Assembly (NCBI RefSeq): GCF_000016745.1
Contig: NC_009483.1
Coordinates: 2,340,001-2,372,000 of the forward strand
DNA from: Geotalea uraniireducens Rf4
GTDB lineage: Bacteria; Desulfobacterota; Desulfuromonadia; Geobacterales; Geobacteraceae
Length of the DNA: 32,000 bases
Direction of reading: 5' to 3'
This document shows positions 17,088 through 25,238 of this stretch, piece by piece (the first letter of the stretch is position 1; each line of letters opens with the position of its first letter). A model generated the notes under the pieces. That model worked only from the letters and a program-made list of their open reading frames with translations. It was not told the origin of the DNA and did not search any database. Both the position numbers and the translations under genes were made by a program.

Positions 17088-19139
17088 ATGAGAGAACAGA
17101 TTAAAAGAACGTTCGCCGGCATCACCGTACTCTGTCTTGTTGCCGTCGGTCTTATGCTGACCGGCTGCGGCAGCAGCGGCGGAGGTCTTTCATCCCAGGT
17201 CGTGAGTGGCGTTGCTGCGGTCGGCGCTCCACTTGCCGGGCAGGTAAACCTTAAGGACGCCTCTAACCCTCCACAGGAAAAGTCGACCGTTATCGGTAAT
17301 GACGGTACGTTTGCCTTCGATGTCACGGGCATGAAAGGCCCGTTCATCCTGCAGGCGTCAGGGCGCGCCAACGGAACGAATTACGCGCTTCATTCCTTTG
17401 CCGGCGGAACGGGCACAGCCAACGTCAACCCGCTCTCAAATGCGGCGGTAGCCAGTGCTGCAGGGGTTGACGACCCGTCACAGGTCTTCGCGAATCCCGA
17501 CCCGGTCACGCTCCAGAAAATCGAGTCCAATCTCCAGACAGCTGTCGCCACTATCCTGTCCAAGCTCCACCCGCTCCTGAAGCAGTACAGCGCAGACAAC
17601 TCCGATCCGATCAAGGGGCACTACACCGTTGACCACACCGGTCTCGACGGCATGCTGGACAATGTGAAAATGACCCTATCCAACGGGGTTCTTACGATAG
17701 TGAATGCGAAAACCGGCGCAGTCATTTTCAGCGGCAAGATCTCCGACATCAATAACTGGAATTTTTCGGACGACGATAATAACATTCCCGCCCCGCCTGC
17801 CGTGCCCGCCGCTCCAGCCGGCTTGACCGCCACCGGCGCTGCCGGCCAGATGACCCTTTCCTGGAACGCCGTCAGCAACGCGACCTCGTACAATGTCTAC
17901 TACTCGACCACTGGCGGTGTCTCTGCCGCCAATGGGACAAAGATCGCCGGGGCCACCAGTCCTTATGTCCAGAGCGGCCTTACCGCAGGAACCACCTATT
18001 ACTACATCGTTACGGCAGTGAACAGCGCCGGCGAAAGCGCTGCCTCGGCCCAGGTTTCGGCGACCACCAATGCGACGCCGACACCGACGCCGACTCTCCC
18101 TGCTGCACCGACCGGAGTAATGGCCACAGGCGGCACCAACCAGGTGACCCTCTCCTGGAGCGCCGTCAGCAATGCTGCCTCGTACAACATTTACTGGTCG
18201 ACCAAGACAGGCGTCACGACGAGCAACGGGACAAAGATCAGCGGTGCCATGAGTCCTGCGGTTCAGGCGGGGCTTGCTGCCGGCACGACCTATTACTACA
18301 TCGTTACGGCAGTGAACAGCGCAGGCGAGAGCACGCCTTCCGTCCAGGTTGCGGCGACCACCGTCACTCCGACTCCCGCTCCGACCGTGCCGGCTGCCCC
18401 GTCCGGCGTGACCGCCACCGGCGGCGCCAAGCAGGTGACGCTGTCCTGGCCGGCAGTATCCGGCGCAACCTCCTATAATGTCTACTGGTCTACCGCTTCC
18501 GGCGTAACGACCGCGAACGGCACGAGAATCGCCGGGGCCACCAGCCCTTATGTTCATACCGGTCTTTCCGCAGGGACCAGCTACTATTACATAGTCACGG
18601 CTGTAAACGGCGCGGGCGAGAGTGCTCCATCAACTCAGGCGACCGCAACCACCAATGCCCCACTTCCGGCCGTTCCTGCTGCACCGACCGGTGTGACCGC
18701 CACAGGCGGCGCCAATCAGGTGTCTCTCTCCTGGTCGGCGGTCTCCGGCGCGACATCGTATAACGTTTACTGGTCTACGACTTCAGGGGTTACGACCGCT
18801 TCCGGGACAAAAATCGCCGGGGCCACCAGTCCCTACGTCCAGACCGGGCTTGCCGCCGGCACCGCCTACTACTACATCGTAACGGCGGTGAACAGCGCCG
18901 GTGAGAGCGCCGCGTCGGCAAAGACCACAGCGACTACCGCCGCCCCTGCAATCGACGGTGCAGCGCTTTATTCACAGTACTGCGCCGGGTGTCACGGAGC
19001 CCTGGCATCGTCCAACAAGAGGAAAACGACCGCTTCCAAGATCCAGTCGGGGATCAGCGGCAATGTCGGCGGAATGGGATATCTTTCCTCCCTCTCGGCG
19101 GCACAAATTCAGGCCATTGCTACGGCTTTGAATTTCTAG
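17088..19139 (+). CDS. Lipoprotein with an N-terminal beta-rich region, four tandem fibronectin-type-III repeats and a C-terminal monoheme cytochrome c domain
   Basis: ATG at 17088 follows AAGGAG.AAAGGAGAA; the track start at 17052 is less likely. Lipobox LTG-C. Four repeats carry the LSW.AVS.A.SYN.Y.S ... Y.V.GL.AGT.YYY.VTAVN.AGES pattern. CAGCH heme motif at 18981-18995, with a downstream GGMGYL candidate Met ligand. Confidence 0.85.
   Translation: MREQIKRTFAGITVLCLVAVGLMLTGCGSSGGGLSSQVVSGVAAVGAPLAGQVNLKDASNPPQEKSTVIGNDGTFAFDVTGMKGPFILQASGRANGTNYALHSFAGGTGTANVNPLSNAAVASAAGVDDPSQVFANPDPVTLQKIESNLQTAVATILSKLHPLLKQYSADNSDPIKGHYTVDHTGLDGMLDNVKMTLSNGVLTIVNAKTGAVIFSGKISDINNWNFSDDDNNIPAPPAVPAAPAGLTATGAAGQMTLSWNAVSNATSYNVYYSTTGGVSAANGTKIAGATSPYVQSGLTAGTTYYYIVTAVNSAGESAASAQVSATTNATPTPTPTLPAAPTGVMATGGTNQVTLSWSAVSNAASYNIYWSTKTGVTTSNGTKISGAMSPAVQAGLAAGTTYYYIVTAVNSAGESTPSVQVAATTVTPTPAPTVPAAPSGVTATGGAKQVTLSWPAVSGATSYNVYWSTASGVTTANGTRIAGATSPYVHTGLSAGTSYYYIVTAVNGAGESAPSTQATATTNAPLPAVPAAPTGVTATGGANQVSLSWSAVSGATSYNVYWSTTSGVTTASGTKIAGATSPYVQTGLAAGTAYYYIVTAVNSAGESAASAKTTATTAAPAIDGAALYSQYCAGCHGALASSNKRKTTASKIQSGISGNVGGMGYLSSLSAAQIQAIATALNF
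17806..18940 (+). repeat. Four tandem FN3-coding repeats, periods 294, 291 and 285 bp
   Basis: The YYY codon triplets start at 17997, 18291, 18582 and 18867. Repeats 1 and 2 share an identical 32-mer, TATTACTACATCGTTACGGCAGTGAACAGCGC. Confidence 0.9.
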
Positions 19140-19170
19140 CGAAAAAGGTAATTGTATATTGCAACGACGA

Positions 19171-19198
19171 AGGGCCCCGAACGGGGCCCTTTCATTTT
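19171..19198 (+). terminator. Intrinsic terminator after the FN3/cytochrome gene
   Basis: AGGGCCCC-gaac-GGGGCCCT followed by TTCATTTT. It lies between convergent genes. Confidence 0.75.
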
Positions 19199-19241
19199 GA
19201 ACGAGAGCCTGTCTGACGGCGCACTATTTTCAGTATGCCGG

Positions 19242-22200
19242 TCAGCAAGGATTCAGCTTGAAAGAAAGTTGATTTGCCGGTTCTTCTGCCTCACTTGCGA
19301 TGCGTTGAACTTCTTTGAGCAGCTTTTCAGTGGTGAACGGTTTCTGCAAGAAGTTGACCCCTTCCTCAAGCATTCCCCTATGCACGAATAGTTCGTTCGT
19401 GTAGCCGGAGATGTAAAGGACTTTAAGGTCGGGAAAAGTTTCAAGCAGGTTTTCGTGCAGTTCCTGGCCGCTCATTTCCGGCATGATGACATCTGAAACC
19501 AGCAGCGCAACACTGTTGCCATACCGGTTCATCAATTCTACAGCCGCAGATGGACGGTCCGCCACCAATACTCGGTAACCGGATGATTCCAGCAGTTCGA
19601 CAGTCATGGTGCGGACCATCTCATTGTCCTCGACGACAAGGATGGTTCGTTCTCCCGTTGTTGCCCCGTCCGTAGTCGCCGTAACAACGGAGTCGGCAGA
19701 CGTTGTCGTGATTGGTTCCCTGCTGAGCGGCAGGTAAATGCTGAAGGTTGTTCCTTCTCCGACACGGCTCTTGACGGAAATGTATCCTTCATGCTGCTTG
19801 ATGATGCCGTAGACGGTTGCCAGGCCGAGTCCTGTGCCGTGTCCAACCTGCTTGGTGGTGAAAAACGGCTCGAAGATATGGCTTAGAGTTTCATCATTCA
19901 TGCCGCAGCCGTTGTCGCTGAAGTCCAGTAGCGCATAGGGGCCGGGCTGCACGCCGGGATGCAGCCTGGTGTACTCATTGTCCAGCATTACGTGGCCCGT
20001 TTCCATCAGGATCATACCGTTGCCCGATATGGCGTCCTGGGCATTGACGACCAGGTTCAGAAGAATCTGTTCGATCTGTCCACGGTCTGCCCAGATCGCA
20101 ATTCCTCCCGATGCCAGGCGGATATCGATGGTGATATTTTCCCGGATGGTTCGCCGCAGAATGTCCTGAAAGTTGCCGAGTACCTGGTTCAAATCCACGG
20201 ACTTCATGTCGAGCATCTGCTTGCGGCCAAAGCTGAGCAGTTGCTGAGTCAGGTCGCGCGCCTTGAAGGCGGCAGCCGTGATGCCGTTCACCTTGCCTGA
20301 CAACGGGTCTCCCTCTGGCAGCTTGTGCTGGATCATATCCGCATAGCCGATGATGGGAGTCAGGAGGTTGTTGAAATCGTGAGCAATTCCGCCCGCCAGT
20401 TGGCCGATCGCCTCGATTTTCTGCACGTGATGCAGTTGTGCCTCAAGTTGGCTCTTCAGTTCTTCCGACTTGAAACGCTCAATGGCGATACTGGCGAGGT
20501 GCGCGGCAGACTCGATCAACTGGATCTCGGTTTCGTCGGGGGCGTGCCGCTCGCGATGGTAACAGGCAAAAGTTCCCAGCAGCTCGCCCTGCGACGATTT
20601 CACCGGCTCCGACCAGCAGGCTCGCAGGCCCGCCTCGCTGACGGGCCTGAAACCCTTCCATAAAGGATCTCCATCCACATCCTCCACAACTACCCGTTGG
20701 CGGCGATGCGCCGCCGTTCCGCAACACCCCATCCCCTCGGCAATCCGTACTCCGTCGACCGCCTTGTTGTAGAACTGGGGGAGGCTCGGAGCGGCGCCAT
20801 GGCGCAGGAACTGGCCGGTTTCATCCGCGATCGATATGGAGCAGAGCAACCCCTTTCGTTCTTGCTCCACAAAACGGACTATGTTCGTGAGCAGTTCAGA
20901 AAGGTCTACGCCGGTGGCCATCTCTTCTAGTATCCGCAGTCTCGTCTGTTCCCGGAGTTCGCTATGTTTACGCTCGCTGATGTCCCTGACGATGCTGAGG
21001 ATACGTTTTGTTCCCTCGCTCTCCATTGTCCGGGCATGGACCTCAACGGGCAAGATCGCGCCTCTTTTGGTGAGATATGCGGATTCGAAAATCGCTTCGC
21101 CATGCTCCATGATTGAACTGATTGCGGGTACGAGGCGGGCTGCAAACTCCGGTGGTTCGAAGTCGTGCAGCAGTGCCCCCTGAAGCTCGTTCTGGTCATA
21201 TCCGATCATCTGGCAGAGGGCGTTGTTGAAATGTACCAGCCGTCCATCGGTATCCATCAGCAGTATGGCGTCATTGGCCGAATCGATCTGTGCAGCCTTG
21301 ATCCGAACCTGTTCCTGCTGTTCCCGCAGCGAGTTCTGCGTCGCCTGCAACTGGTCGAGATGGCGCAAGAGAAGTTGCATCAGCAAAAAAAGAGCAAGGC
21401 AAAGACCCAGGGTCGTGGCTGTTTCATATGTAACTTTACGTTTCCATGGCGTCAGGATGTCGTCCCGGTGCAACGAGACAACTGCCACGACCGGAAAGCG
21501 TGAGAGACGATGATATGAGACGATGCGCGGCGACTGGTCCTCTATGTTTTTATTATCATGGAAGGTGCCGGATTGTGTCGTGCCAAGGTGATCCCGGAAA
21601 AGGGCCGATCGTTTGAAATCGACCGCAAAGGCGTTCTCTGTGAAAGGCTCGCTCAACAACGGCGAGCCATCGGTTCGAATCAGCTGCACCTTGCCACGGG
21701 GGCCGAGGCTGATGGAGGTGTAGAAACGGTGGAAGTAGTTAATCTCGAAGGCAACTGCCGCAAGACCGGCGAACCTGCCGTCAGGGTAGGTAAGCGGCCG
21801 CGTCATGGTAAAACGCCAGCGGTTTACGAGTCTGCTGATTAACGGACGGCTGATGAAGAGGCCTGTGTCGGGTTTATCCCGGTCAAAAATAAAATACTCA
21901 CGATCAGAGACATTGATCTGTTTTGATGGAAATTCAAGGGAATTGACTACCATGATGCCGGAGCGGTCGGTCAGGAAGATGGAGCCTATCTGCGGCGTGT
22001 CGCCACCCTGCCGCCTGATAATGTTGAACAGCGTGCGTCGTTCAATGTGGTCGATGCCTCCCCGTTCGGCAATATCGTTGACCACTTCCCTCAAAGCACG
22101 GTCAGCCTCGGCAAAGGCACTGCCGGCATGTTCGCTCAGTGCACGGGAGTAGCCTTGTGATTGCAGTTCGGCGGCTGTGATGATGGCGTTGCGTTCGGAA

Positions 22201-22307
22201 TCGATATGCCAAGCCAGAATACCGATGACGGCGATGATGAGGAGTACGACAAAAAATCTGATGCGAGACTTGAACTGAGCGATGGTAAGTTCGGGCAGGG
22301 GAAGCAT
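19242..22307 (-). CDS. Hybrid sensor histidine kinase (TM, Cache-like periplasmic domain, TM, PAS, GAF, HisKA, HATPase_c, REC)
   Basis: 1021 aa. Two TM segments flank about 270 aa. H-box AHDFNNLL. G-boxes DNGCGM and GTGLGLA. C-terminal receiver [10 protein letters not shown]...[13 protein letters not shown]. Confidence 0.9.
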   Translation of the reverse strand: MLPLPELTIAQFKSRIRFFVVLLIIAVIGILAWHIDSERNAIITAAELQSQGYSRALSEHAGSAFAEADRALREVVNDIAERGGIDHIERRTLFNIIRRQGGDTPQIGSIFLTDRSGIMVVNSLEFPSKQINVSDREYFIFDRDKPDTGLFISRPLISRLVNRWRFTMTRPLTYPDGRFAGLAAVAFEINYFHRFYTSISLGPRGKVQLIRTDGSPLLSEPFTENAFAVDFKRSALFRDHLGTTQSGTFHDNKNIEDQSPRIVSYHRLSRFPVVAVVSLHRDDILTPWKRKVTYETATTLGLCLALFLLMQLLLRHLDQLQATQNSLREQQEQVRIKAAQIDSANDAILLMDTDGRLVHFNNALCQMIGYDQNELQGALLHDFEPPEFAARLVPAISSIMEHGEAIFESAYLTKRGAILPVEVHARTMESEGTKRILSIVRDISERKHSELREQTRLRILEEMATGVDLSELLTNIVRFVEQERKGLLCSISIADETGQFLRHGAAPSLPQFYNKAVDGVRIAEGMGCCGTAAHRRQRVVVEDVDGDPLWKGFRPVSEAGLRACWSEPVKSSQGELLGTFACYHRERHAPDETEIQLIESAAHLASIAIERFKSEELKSQLEAQLHHVQKIEAIGQLAGGIAHDFNNLLTPIIGYADMIQHKLPEGDPLSGKVNGITAAAFKARDLTQQLLSFGRKQMLDMKSVDLNQVLGNFQDILRRTIRENITIDIRLASGGIAIWADRGQIEQILLNLVVNAQDAISGNGMILMETGHVMLDNEYTRLHPGVQPGPYALLDFSDNGCGMNDETLSHIFEPFFTTKQVGHGTGLGLATVYGIIKQHEGYISVKSRVGEGTTFSIYLPLSREPITTTSADSVVTATTDGATTGERTILVVEDNEMVRTMTVELLESSGYRVLVADRPSAAVELMNRYGNSVALLVSDVIMPEMSGQELHENLLETFPDLKVLYISGYTNELFVHRGMLEEGVNFLQKPFTTEKLLKEVQRIASEAEEPANQLSFKLNPC

Positions 22308-22537
22308 GAAGGCCTCGGTGGGGTTAGTGTATTTGCATAATGCTGCGGCATCTTGATAGTTATCAAATTAGCTGACCGTTGTCGGTCCTAAACTATTTAT
22401 CGGCATAGAATCACCATGGTTGACTTATTTGTATACAGACCGGTGTATTTCGTCATGAGCTCCGCCTGATTGATGTGTCTCGTCCCGTTAGCGCAGAGAC
22501 TGGTAAAAACCTGAAGTTCGGCATGCCGAACCTATGA

Positions 22538-23398
22538 CTAACTACTTAACTTAACGATCAAATCTCCAATTTTTGCATGGAGTTCTTCCAGATTGTTTTT
22601 CATTTGCTCCCGCTGTTTGCTTTTCAGAATTTCTACGTCAACAGTGACAATCCTCTGGGCAAAGGACTTAACGAAACTTACTCCTATTCTTTTTTTGCCA
22701 CTTGCCCCCGGCCGATTGATTTTCCTTAGCTGCGCTCTCGGCAATTTCTCCTTCTTATAGCCGTTATAGGCAGTTATCATCTCATCGGCAGTTGGCTGTC
22801 GGGCAATCTCAACGAGAATGCTCTTTGCCATATGGGGATCGCGCCGGCACTCCTCTTTGATTGTCTCCGGCAATTTTGTTAATGAGATGGTTTCACTAAC
22901 CGTTGTTTTGGATTTTCCCATGATCGCGCTCACATCATCAAGCGTGTACCCATTTCTCTCTTTAAGACTGCTTATGGCTTCTGCCTCTTCGATCGCTGTC
23001 AGATCACTTCGTTGCAGGTTCTCTATCAGAGCAATTTCAGCCGGGTCGCCATCCGTGAAAACCACGGGAATCTTTTTCAGCCCGGCTTTCCTTGCGGCAA
23101 GAAGTCGCCGCTGCCCCGCTACGAGCAGGTTTGAACCGTCAGTATCCACCTGGACAATGACCGGTTGCAAGACCCCGTGTTTCCTGATGGATAAGCATAA
23201 TTCTTCGAGACGTTCTTCATTGATGTACCGGCGTGGTTGGGAGTCCGAGATCTGGAGAGCTTCAACATCGAGTTCACTATTTTTCCGCTGTTTGCCCACT
23301 TTTGTATTTTTAACAGGGGATGCTTCTTCCGCAGTTAAGAATCCTGTGTCAAACATCGAATATTGTTCATGTTCTTTGTCGTTATTTTTACCAGACAT
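22538..23398 (-). CDS. ParB/Spo0J-family DNA-binding protein (ParB N-terminal domain plus HTH). It is an orphan with no ParA partner in the window.
   Basis: 286 aa. Motifs: ISDSQPRRYINEE.LEEL..SIRKHGVLQPVIV, then LVAGQRRLLAARKAGL (the GxRR arginine patch), then ALIENLQR. The gene is visibly more AT-rich than its neighbours. Confidence 0.8.
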   Translation of the reverse strand: MSGKNNDKEHEQYSMFDTGFLTAEEASPVKNTKVGKQRKNSELDVEALQISDSQPRRYINEERLEELCLSIRKHGVLQPVIVQVDTDGSNLLVAGQRRLLAARKAGLKKIPVVFTDGDPAEIALIENLQRSDLTAIEEAEAISSLKERNGYTLDDVSAIMGKSKTTVSETISLTKLPETIKEECRRDPHMAKSILVEIARQPTADEMITAYNGYKKEKLPRAQLRKINRPGASGKKRIGVSFVKSFAQRIVTVDVEILKSKQREQMKNNLEELHAKIGDLIVKLSS

Positions 23399-23680
23399 CG
23401 GTTTCCTCCCGGAGGTTTTCTGTCCATTGGCGTATATTTTCTGGCATAGAATTTAACATTTTCCCAAAACAGATGACTGGTGATTATGGCGAAATATATT
23501 ATAAAGTCAATTATAACGGATAGATATATTGCAATTTATTTTTGTGGGGTAGTTGACAATTTTGTAGACCTCATAAAATGGTGTAAAAGAAATTGCGCAC
23601 AGACTTGAACAAACTATGCTTTGAGGGGTTTTTTGAAGGATGTTGAACAAAAACGATTAAATCGCATAACGGTTCGATAT

Positions 23681-23716
23681 CAAAAAGAAAAAGGGCCAGG
23701 TCTGTTGACCTGGCCC
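23681..23716 (-). terminator. Intrinsic terminator downstream of tRNA-Val
   Basis: On the minus strand: GGGCCAGGTC-aaca-GACCTGGCCC followed by TTTTTCTTTTT. Confidence 0.8.
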
Positions 23717-23727
23717 TGTATGTTTTA

Positions 23728-23802
23728 TGGTGGGCGATGCTGGGATCGAACCAGCGACTTCTACCGTGTGAAGGTAGCACTCTCCCGCTGAGTTAATCGC
23801 CC
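23728..23802 (-). tRNA. tRNA-Val (anticodon CAC), CCA encoded
   Basis: Hand-folded cloverleaf. Acceptor stem GGGCGAT/ATCGCCC. D stem ACTC/GAGT. Anticodon stem CTACC/GGTAG with loop TTCACAC. T stem GCTGG/CCAGC with loop TTCGATC. 75 nt. Confidence 0.95.
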
Positions 23803-23814
23803 ATGTTGTTGCAT

Positions 23815-23843
23815 TTAATAACAGAACCGTGCATCTCTGTCAA
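23815..23843 (-). promoter_or_regulatory. Sigma-70-like promoter for tRNA-Val (TTGACA, 17-nt spacer, TATTAA)
   Basis: Read on the minus strand. The -10 element ends about 12 nt before the mature tRNA 5' end. Confidence 0.65.
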
Positions 23844-23931
23844 GGGGAGATTCAGAGCATCCGCGATAATCCAGATGCCTCTGCACAGTTTTATTCAAAA
23901 TAAAAAAATGTTATAAAGTACCGAATTCAAC

Positions 23932-23960
23932 TTGACACTGAATGGTCTGAGTTGATATAT
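23932..23960 (+). promoter_or_regulatory. Sigma-70-like promoter (TTGACA, 17-nt spacer, ATATAT) for the crotonase relic and B12 cluster
   Basis: Read directly from the sequence, about 60 nt upstream of the relic ATG at 24020. Confidence 0.45.
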
Positions 23961-24019
23961 TTCGTCGCGCTGCAGGGTTTTTTAGCCTGCTTGAAACATG
24001 ACAAAATCAGGAGAACTTC

Positions 24020-24456
24020 ATGCCGGGGCGTTTAATACTAATAAAACACAGCGTTGTCCGGTTTGGTTTTTGCTTACGTCCCGTAGGGACAGAATACTGG
24101 TAGCCGGGGAATTCATTCCCCGGTCATCCAGGCGAAATATCATCACGTCACGTACGTGACGTGGGGAAATATAGCATCTCATCCGGGGGATGAATCCCCC
24201 GGCTACATTCGAACGCCCCTAATGGGGCTTAACAACCTTGATGCACAAACCAAACCGGACAACGCTGAATAAAACATGATGAGTGGATGCCGTTGTCACC
24301 TTGAACCGGCCTGAAGCGATGAACGATCTTCTGGATCTGAAAAACGCCTGCCTCATGGAGCGGGACGCCTTTGCCCTCTTGCTTTACCACCGAAGACCAG
24401 AAAGAAGGGATGATCGCGTTCGTGGAGAACGGCCGGCACAGTTCAAAGGCGGATAA
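24020..24456 (+). pseudogene. Relic of an enoyl-CoA hydratase/crotonase-family gene. Only the N- and C-terminal ends remain, with three frameshifts and a MITE insertion.
   Basis: After an AGGAGA RBS the ATG opens MPGRLILIKH. After the MITE, a second frame reads VDAVVTLNRPEAMN...ERDAFALL. A third frame reads FTTEDQKEGMIAFVE. The original frame then ends RPAQFKGG-stop at 24454-24456. LNRPE and F.TEDQKEGM.AF.EKR.P.F.G are the classic crotonase N- and C-terminal signatures. About 200 internal codons are missing. Confidence 0.7.
24049..24267. mobile_element. 219-bp palindromic MITE with 21-bp perfect terminal inverted repeats and a 9-bp target-site duplication
   Basis: TIR CAGCGTTGTCCGGTTTGGTTT at 24049-24069, with its exact reverse complement at 24247-24267. 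It is flanked by direct repeats AATAAAACA at 24040-24048 and 24268-24276. The interior is a chain of small hairpins (GTCCC/GGGAC, CCGGGGA/TCCCCGG, CCGGGGGA/TCCCCCGG, GCCCC/GGGGC) around a central palindrome CACGTCACGTACGTGACGTG. There is no ORF. Confidence 0.85.
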
Positions 24457-24466
24457 ACAGTGAACA

Positions 24467-24578
24467 GTAAGAAGTAAAAAGTAAGAAGTAAGAAGTAAGA
24501 AGTAAGAAGTAAGAAGTAAGAAGTAAGAAGTAAGAAGTAAGAAGTAAGAAGTAAGAAGTAAGAAGTAAGAAGTAAGAG
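24467..24578 (+). repeat. Heptanucleotide microsatellite (GTAAGAA) x16
   Basis: 16 contiguous 7-nt units. Unit 2 is GTAAAAA and the last is GTAAGAG. It lies in the leader between the crotonase relic and cobO. Heptads of opposite polarity follow at 24590-24613 (CTCACGA CTTACTA CTCACGA). Confidence 0.95.
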
Positions 24579-24627
24579 GCGAACTGCCGGACGACTCACG
24601 ACTTACTACTCACGATTGAGGATTTCG

Positions 24628-25158
24628 ATGAAGCTGGAACATGGTTATATTCAGGTTTACACGGGTAATTGCAAGGGGAAGACCACCGCAGCTCTTGGCC
24701 TGGCTCTCCGCGCTGCAGGCCGCGAGATGATGGTCTGTATGGTCCAGTTTATGAAAGGCGGTGGACCTTATGGTGAACATCTTGCCGCAGAAAGGCTCGC
24801 CCCCTACCTGACCATCATCCAGACCGGTAGGGAAGGGTGGGTCGATAAGGACAACCCTCATCCGGAAGATGTCCGGCTGGCCCGCGAAGCCCTGGTGACC
24901 GCAAAAGAGGCCCTGACCGGCGGTCGTTACGATATCGTCATCCTCGACGAAATAAACGGTGCGGTTTCTTTCGGTCTTATTGGTGTGGACGACGTTCTTG
25001 AGCTTATGAGATCGAAGCCGGCTCATGTCGAACTGGTGCTGACCGGCAGGAACGCCGATGAAAAAATTATCGAGGCAGCCGACCTGGTTACGGAGATGCG
25101 GGAGATCAAGCATTACTACAAGGCCGGCGTGCCGGCAAGAATCGGCATTGAAAAGTGA
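24628..25158 (+). CDS. cobO: Cob(I)yrinic acid a,c-diamide / cob(I)alamin adenosyltransferase (CobO/BtuR type)
   Basis: GYIQVYTGNGKGKTTAALG-type P-loop (here GYIQVYTGNCKGKTTAALG), VQFMKGG, DIVILDEIN. ATG at 24628 lies 5 nt after GAGGA; the track TTG at 24616 is less likely. Confidence 0.85.
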   Translation: MKLEHGYIQVYTGNCKGKTTAALGLALRAAGREMMVCMVQFMKGGGPYGEHLAAERLAPYLTIIQTGREGWVDKDNPHPEDVRLAREALVTAKEALTGGRYDIVILDEINGAVSFGLIGVDDVLELMRSKPAHVELVLTGRNADEKIIEAADLVTEMREIKHYYKAGVPARIGIEK

Positions 25159-25238
25159 TGAGGCGGTTGATGGTTCATGGAAGGTTGATGTTGAACATTT
25201 TATTTATATAATTTTTCACGCAACTAAAGGAGATTGAC

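Noticed and set aside
17676-18557. 293-aa minus-strand ORF rich in Gly/Arg
   Set aside because: It is antisense to the FN3 repeats, and its periodicity only mirrors those repeats.
22402-23452. GGCATAGAAT 10-mers (22402-22411 and 23443-23452) flanking the ParB-like gene as possible att sites
   Set aside because: They are only 10 bp long, have no similarity to the tRNA-Val 3' end, and no integrase is present. They could be chance matches.
24467-24578. Possible CRISPR array, considering the heptamer tract and also the two 226-nt-spaced riboswitch copies at 16608-16945
   Set aside because: The 7-nt units have no spacers. The riboswitch copies are two units of about 110 nt with recognisable aptamer and terminator folds. 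No cas genes are present.
24384-24599. 71-aa ORF with an LLLTSYF repeat
   Set aside because: It is a translation artefact of the (GTAAGAA)16 tract, where three heptamers give seven codons. It has no start context.
23960-24627. Expected cobalamin riboswitch upstream of the cobO/mutase cluster
   Set aside because: I could not recognise a B12-box-like core or the usual multi-stem architecture here. The region is accounted for by the crotonase relic, the MITE and the heptamer tract. Only a covariance-model search could settle this.
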